From Eledone cirrhosa (lineage: Eukaryota), in NCBI GenBank assembly GCA_964016885.1, contig OZ024742.1:42780001-42844000 (forward strand): DNA of 64,000 nt. The letters are read 5' to 3'. Each line of letters starts with the position of its first letter. The stretch's first letter is position 1. Under the pieces are notes generated by a model. That model saw only the letters and a program-made list of their open reading frames with translations. It made no database searches and was not told where the DNA came from. Both the position numbers and the translations under genes were made by a program. This document shows positions 62,201-64,000 of the stretch, piece after piece.

Positions 62201-63717
62201 TGATGAGTTTGTCTATTCACTAATATTTGCATTTATTTTTCAAAATAGATAATGATCTTCTTTAAAAGTTTTGACAAAGTTTGTCAGAATTAAATTTAAA
62301 GTTGTTCACAGCTCGGGTAATCTTTCCTTTCAGGTAGTTTATAATTCTACAACTGTATTTTAAATGCTCATATTTAGCATTTTCTCTTTGTTTTTGTTAG
62401 GTGAATCATTTTGAAATGTTACTTGGTATATTTGTTTATGTAACATTTATATAAATAGATGTGTTGCAGTATATGTATTGTTCAAACACTTGTGTAGAAA
62501 TATTTGTATGTAATCTTACCGCATTCTGTAGCTCAACCTTTCCAGTATATGGTATGCTGCCTTCATATAAGCCGTAAATACATACATGCTATCATCAGAC
62601 TGATCACAACGGTTGCCATTATTGTTTTATGTATGTATGTAAAAGTTCACTACCACATACCACATTGATTTTACGCATAACGCACACTAACTTTGATACT
62701 TTACACAATTTACCTTAAAAAAAACACACATTTAAACATGCACATACACATAATAGCGACACTAATACATACACACACTTCACTTTGTGTTCAATCTCGT
62801 TACCAAGACTACCTCTTTATTTTTGATTTTTTTCTTTACTTGGACTCCTTTATCTAATGTTGTACTCCTGAAGAAGGGCTAAAGCCTGTCATGTTGAACT
62901 TTCTTTCCCCTTATCCATATAAAGCGTGAAACTAATAAAACTTTTTGTACCTCTGTTTGTTGTCTCCTTGAACTATATATATATATATGTGTGTGTGTTG
63001 AAGTTTCCGTTGAAAAAGTCAGAGGAATGAAGAGTGCTCTATGTAAGTTACAGAGCTAAATATTTAATGTATAATAAACAATACACAATTACCCACTTAC
63101 TTTCTCTTTGCCTTAATTTTTTATTCTTATCTTATATATTATTTCATTTATTCATCATATTTTATATTTGTATCGACTTTCCGTCTGACACTGCGTTGAT
63201 TTTATACACTCCCTTCCCTGTATATATCACATATATATATGTGGTTGCATGTGTGTGTATGTTTATACAGGTGCGTCCTTTCATCCTTGTATGTGTATAT
63301 ATTTCAACCCTTAGTCCCTAAGTCTGTATGTATGCTAACTCCATTTTCTTAGAATTTCTATTTTCAACATATATATATATATAGAGAGAGAGAGAAAATT
63401 GAGGTTGGTAATGGCACATGGAATATATAAGAGACAGAATACTTTTTTGTGAAAAAACATAATTTTATAAGGTAAGGAAATAATAAAGGGTATAAAAAAA
63501 ATGACCAGTTTCGATGGGTCTGCAAAAGCCATCTTTTCAAATGTTGATTAATATTAAGAAAAATTAATAATACGAAGAGTTAAAATTTGAGACTTGAAAA
63601 TTCAAGTATAAAATTCATTGTGGGATTTCATAGCAGTTTTCATCTAGGTAGCAACAACAGGTTGACTGCTGTGTCCCTTTCTGGTAGTGAATGAGAAGTT
63701 ATTTGGGGTGTGGGTTA

Positions 63718-64000
63718 TTTTATAAAGGTCAGATTTAGCAATCACCAACTGGCCAGCTGCTGGTCAGTGAGGGGGTGGAAGCAATATACATACACATATC
63801 TTCCTGTGATGGGTAGGAGAGTGGAGCGTGATAGAAAGGGATTTAATGCACTTACACACGTGTGTATATATGGGTGTAAGTGCATTAAATCTCTTTCTAT
63901 CACGCTCCACTCCTACCCATCACAAGAAGATATGTGTATGTATATTGCTTCCACCCCCTCACTGGCCAGTTGGTGATTGCTAAATCTGACCTTTATAAAA
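63718..64000. repeat. Long hairpin / fold-back element, truncated by the window edge
   Basis: 63718-63857 is the near-exact reverse complement of 63874-64000; 16-nt loop; two small indels. Confidence 0.92.

Overview
AT-rich, repeat-dense, intron-rich animal genomic DNA. The SINE/LINE repertoire looks like that of an octopod cephalopod (an inference, not proven). Two intact housekeeping genes are transcribed divergently. On the minus strand is a 17-coding-exon EIF3B (translation initiation factor 3 subunit B; CDS 37979->4332, 2115 nt, 704 aa by my splice reconstruction). On the plus strand is a 5-coding-exon SLC25A19-like mitochondrial thiamine-pyrophosphate carrier (40283->49847, 957 nt, 318 aa). 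All reconstructed introns are GT-AG with consistent phases. The rest is mostly transposon-derived: a near full-length RTE LINE nested inside an older RTE, a CR1-type LINE, a deleted mariner, a pogo DD35D transposon inside an R4/Dong-like LINE, a Helitron Rep fragment, piggyBac-like MITEs and several SINE families. The most unusual structures are a 10-unit ~490-bp macrosatellite built from a chimeric LINE-ORF1/RTE-RT junction, a fold-back palindrome in an EIF3B intron, inverted SINE pairs bracketing exons, SINE stacks including a triplicated target site, hammerhead-like motifs, and an unexplained CpG-rich, coding-like island between the two genes. I found no clearly new multi-gene system. All family assignments come from motif recognition without database searches.
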